This document shows, one piece after another, positions 61,835 to 64,000 of a DNA stretch of 64,000 nt. The stretch is from Thermosynechococcus sp. (lineage in GTDB: Bacteria; Cyanobacteriota; Cyanobacteriia; Thermosynechococcales; Thermosynechococcaceae). A model generated the notes under the pieces. The model ran no database searches, was not told the DNA's origin, and saw only the letters and a program-made list of their open reading frames with translations. The stretch's first letter is position 1. Each line of letters starts with the position of its first letter. The stretch covers positions 649,527 through 713,526 of the forward strand of contig NZ_AP024678.1 of assembly GCF_025999095.1 (NCBI RefSeq). The letters are read 5' to 3'. The position numbers were made by a program, and so were the translations under genes.

Positions 61835-63535
61835 ATGATCAAAAAACTGAAACGCTCCTTCCGCAGCCGCGGGTTTACCTTGCCCTTGGTCTTGGGAATG
61901 GGGCTGATCATGATCGTGGTTGCCCTGACGCTCCTCTCGCGATCGCAACTAGATGTCAGCACCACCAGTTTGCAAAAACAAACCCAGCAGGCCTTTGCCG
62001 TGGCGGAAGGGGGCCTGGCACGTACTCTGGGCTTACTGAATGGCAACTACCAGGTTCTGCTGCGCCGTACCTATAACCCTGCCACCAATACCAACTTTAA
62101 TCCCCCCAGACCCTACCTCATTGATCGTTCAACAGATGCTACGAAAATTGGTCAGCCCAATACCAGCGGTCTAGCTGTTCCCTCTGTCAATGAATGGACG
62201 AAAGAGAGCCTGGGGTCCGCTGCTCCCCCCTGCTTTAGCCTCGATAACCTCGATACGATTCTCCTCAGCGGCACCATTGGTACACCGGTGCAGGGCAATT
62301 ACCGCATCCTCTCCTATCTGTATGACCAGCCGACACAAACGGGACACCTGCTGATTGAGGGCCGCCTAGCCAATTCACCGGCCAATGCTTTTGTCTGGCA
62401 AAAGATGAACATCACAGATCGCAACATACCCGCCAACTTCCCTGGACTGCTGGCTGAAAAGATTAATCTCGGTAACAACGATGTCTTTGGCGAAGTCAAC
62501 GGCAATGTCATTTGCACCAATCCCCTCAACTGTGTCGTACCGCCGACGGAGTGTCAAAATGGCCAACCCACCCAAAAGGGACTGCGACAGGCCATTGGTG
62601 CCCTGGATAACGCTACCATTGACGGCACGATCGCTATCAACAAAATTGACCTACCGCCCTTTCCTACCTCTCCTCCAACGGTGGGTAGCGTCGTCAATGG
62701 TAATGTTATACGCGATAATGTTTCCCTGACGTCCTTGCTCTCTTGGTTACGCCCCCCTCAAGATCAGGCTCCGGAAGTCTCTGAGTTTATTCAGAAAGCC
62801 CAGCAGGATGGAATTACAGAGTATAGTCAAGGTGCCTACGATCTTGGCGATCTTCCCACGCCGCAGGGTGGCGGTCAAGGCAAAAAAACAGATAGTCTAC
62901 CCTTTCCCAATGACCATCGCCCCTACATTGATCCTAACCCCGCCATTCCCTTCTTCATCCCCGATCCCCTGCGACCTGGGGAGAAGATAGTCAACCCTGA
63001 AAAGGTCTATTACGCCTACCGGGTTAACAACATCAAGCTTAGCGGAAATGAAACCGTTCAGTTCGACACCAGCAACTATGCCATTCGCCTCTACGTCAGG
63101 GGCAACATCACCCTTAGCGGTAGTGCAGGGATTAAAAACACCTGTTCTCCTGACAGTTCCACCTGTGGTACCGGTGCCAATATGGGTCTTCCCAGCGGTA
63201 TAGGCACACCGGATCGCCTGCGCATTTATGGCAATCCTCCCGATCCCAACAATGCTACGCCGGATCAGGAATTTACCCTCAGTGGCGGTGCCACCGCAGG
63301 CAGTCTCTTTGTCTATGCCCCCGATGCCAAAGTGGGGATTAATGGTGGCAGTAACGATCCCGATATTATTGGTGCAGTGTGGGCAAAAGAGTGGAATGGT
63401 TCAAATTCTAATAATGCGGAAATCCGGGTACCCGATCGCCTGCCCGAGGCCTTGGGTGGTCAGTATGCCAATGCTTCCATTGTGGTGGCCCGAACCATGG
63501 AAGCCAGCAACTGGAATCGCTTAGCCCAGTACTAA
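61835..63535 (+). CDS. large pilus-associated protein with a PilX-N-like hydrophobic N-terminus (non-canonical pseudopilin)
   Basis: RSRGFTLPLVLGMGLIMIVVALTLLSRSQLDVSTTSLQKQTQQAFAVAEGGL is a GFTL prepilin-like site, but Leu replaces Glu at +5. The protein is 566 aa, and a canonical prepilin gene follows 12 nt later. Confidence 0.6.
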   Translation: MIKKLKRSFRSRGFTLPLVLGMGLIMIVVALTLLSRSQLDVSTTSLQKQTQQAFAVAEGGLARTLGLLNGNYQVLLRRTYNPATNTNFNPPRPYLIDRSTDATKIGQPNTSGLAVPSVNEWTKESLGSAAPPCFSLDNLDTILLSGTIGTPVQGNYRILSYLYDQPTQTGHLLIEGRLANSPANAFVWQKMNITDRNIPANFPGLLAEKINLGNNDVFGEVNGNVICTNPLNCVVPPTECQNGQPTQKGLRQAIGALDNATIDGTIAINKIDLPPFPTSPPTVGSVVNGNVIRDNVSLTSLLSWLRPPQDQAPEVSEFIQKAQQDGITEYSQGAYDLGDLPTPQGGGQGKKTDSLPFPNDHRPYIDPNPAIPFFIPDPLRPGEKIVNPEKVYYAYRVNNIKLSGNETVQFDTSNYAIRLYVRGNITLSGSAGIKNTCSPDSSTCGTGANMGLPSGIGTPDRLRIYGNPPDPNNATPDQEFTLSGGATAGSLFVYAPDAKVGINGGSNDPDIIGAVWAKEWNGSNSNNAEIRVPDRLPEALGGQYANASIVVARTMEASNWNRLAQY

Positions 63536-63547
63536 ACTTTGGAGCCA

Positions 63548-64000
63548 ATGTCCATGACTCACCCTAAACTCTACTTTCACGGGCTGGTGCAGCAACGTTG
63601 CCAAGGCTTTACCCTTGCGGAGGTTCTAGCTTCGATTTTGATTGTTAGCCTCTTTACCCTAGCGGCCATGCAGGCGATTGTCGTCGCTGCCTTTTTCCAG
63701 GCCAATGCCCGCAAATTTGCCGAAGCCAGTAACTGGATTCAAGATGATTTGGAAAATATCAAAATTGTGGCCTATGATCTTTGCCAGGCCAAGTTTGTTC
63801 AACGCAAGCTGGCCACTGCCGCCAATGACAACGCCACAACCCTAACCCTAGCGCTCATTCAACCGGGTGAAAGTGACTATGACCAAGCAATGCCCCCAGA
63901 ATACCGATCGGAAGGGGCTTGTGCAGTTAGCTCACCCACCGACGGGTTGCGGGTGGGCGATCGCATCCTCATTGGCTCAGACTCTGGGACTCGAAAGATT
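63548..64000 (+). CDS. prepilin-type N-terminal cleavage/methylation domain protein (minor pilin); runs off the right edge
   Basis: My translation is MSMTHPKLYFHGLVQQRCQ-G/FTLAEVLASILIVSLFTLAAMQAIVVAAF, a class III signal with Glu at +5. The frame stays open to position 64000. The start is the ATG at 63548 or at 63554. Confidence 0.8.
   Translation, partial: MSMTHPKLYFHGLVQQRCQGFTLAEVLASILIVSLFTLAAMQAIVVAAFFQANARKFAEASNWIQDDLENIKIVAYDLCQAKFVQRKLATAANDNATTLTLALIQPGESDYDQAMPPEYRSEGACAVSSPTDGLRVGDRILIGSDSGTRKI

Overview
This window looks like core chromosome from a unicellular cyanobacterium. The evidence is dozens of copies of the HIP1 octamer GCGATCGC, moderately high GC, and the genes apcE (phycobilisome), chlL/chlN (dark protochlorophyllide reductase), rpaB and argZ. 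The protein sequences look Thermosynechococcus-like, but that is an inference from memory, not a search. I can support about 50 protein genes and one tRNA-Glu(UUC). I saw no rRNA, CRISPR array, transposase, integrase or phage genes. Content from left to right: ECF sigma factor (partial), cdsA, pentapeptide protein, gltX, argZ, tig-clpP-clpX, an SDR, tamB, an output-less Cache/HAMP/PAS sensor, menG, usp, miaE, a lipoprotein, rpe, thiO, a Zn-ribbon ORF, thiL, apcE, rpaB with two uncharacterised genes, hmpF, a TPR protein, an EF-G paralog, a GT2, tRNA-Glu, an aminotransferase, ROK kinase plus LCP, obg, TPR-CHAT plus histidine kinase, murJ, dnaN, a CPP1-like gene, chlL-orf-chlN, pilQ-O-N-M, ackA, a PLD-nuclease/ComEA fusion, apt, and the start of a minor-pilin operon. 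The leads most worth following are: (1) a statistically unlikely tandem HLR1 (RpaB box) directly upstream of clpP-clpX; (2) an unlinked lipoprotein with the hallmarks of the PilP component that cyanobacterial pilMNOQ operons lack; (3) an exported TPR-CHAT protease-like protein whose stop codon overlaps the start of an orphan sensor kinase; (4) a loose type IV pilus/DNA-uptake supercluster with an unusual PLD/EF-hand/ComEA fusion and a large PilX-N protein; (5) small uncharacterised ORFs embedded in the chlL/chlN and thiO/thiL contexts. All functional calls come from reading motifs by eye, because no database search was possible.
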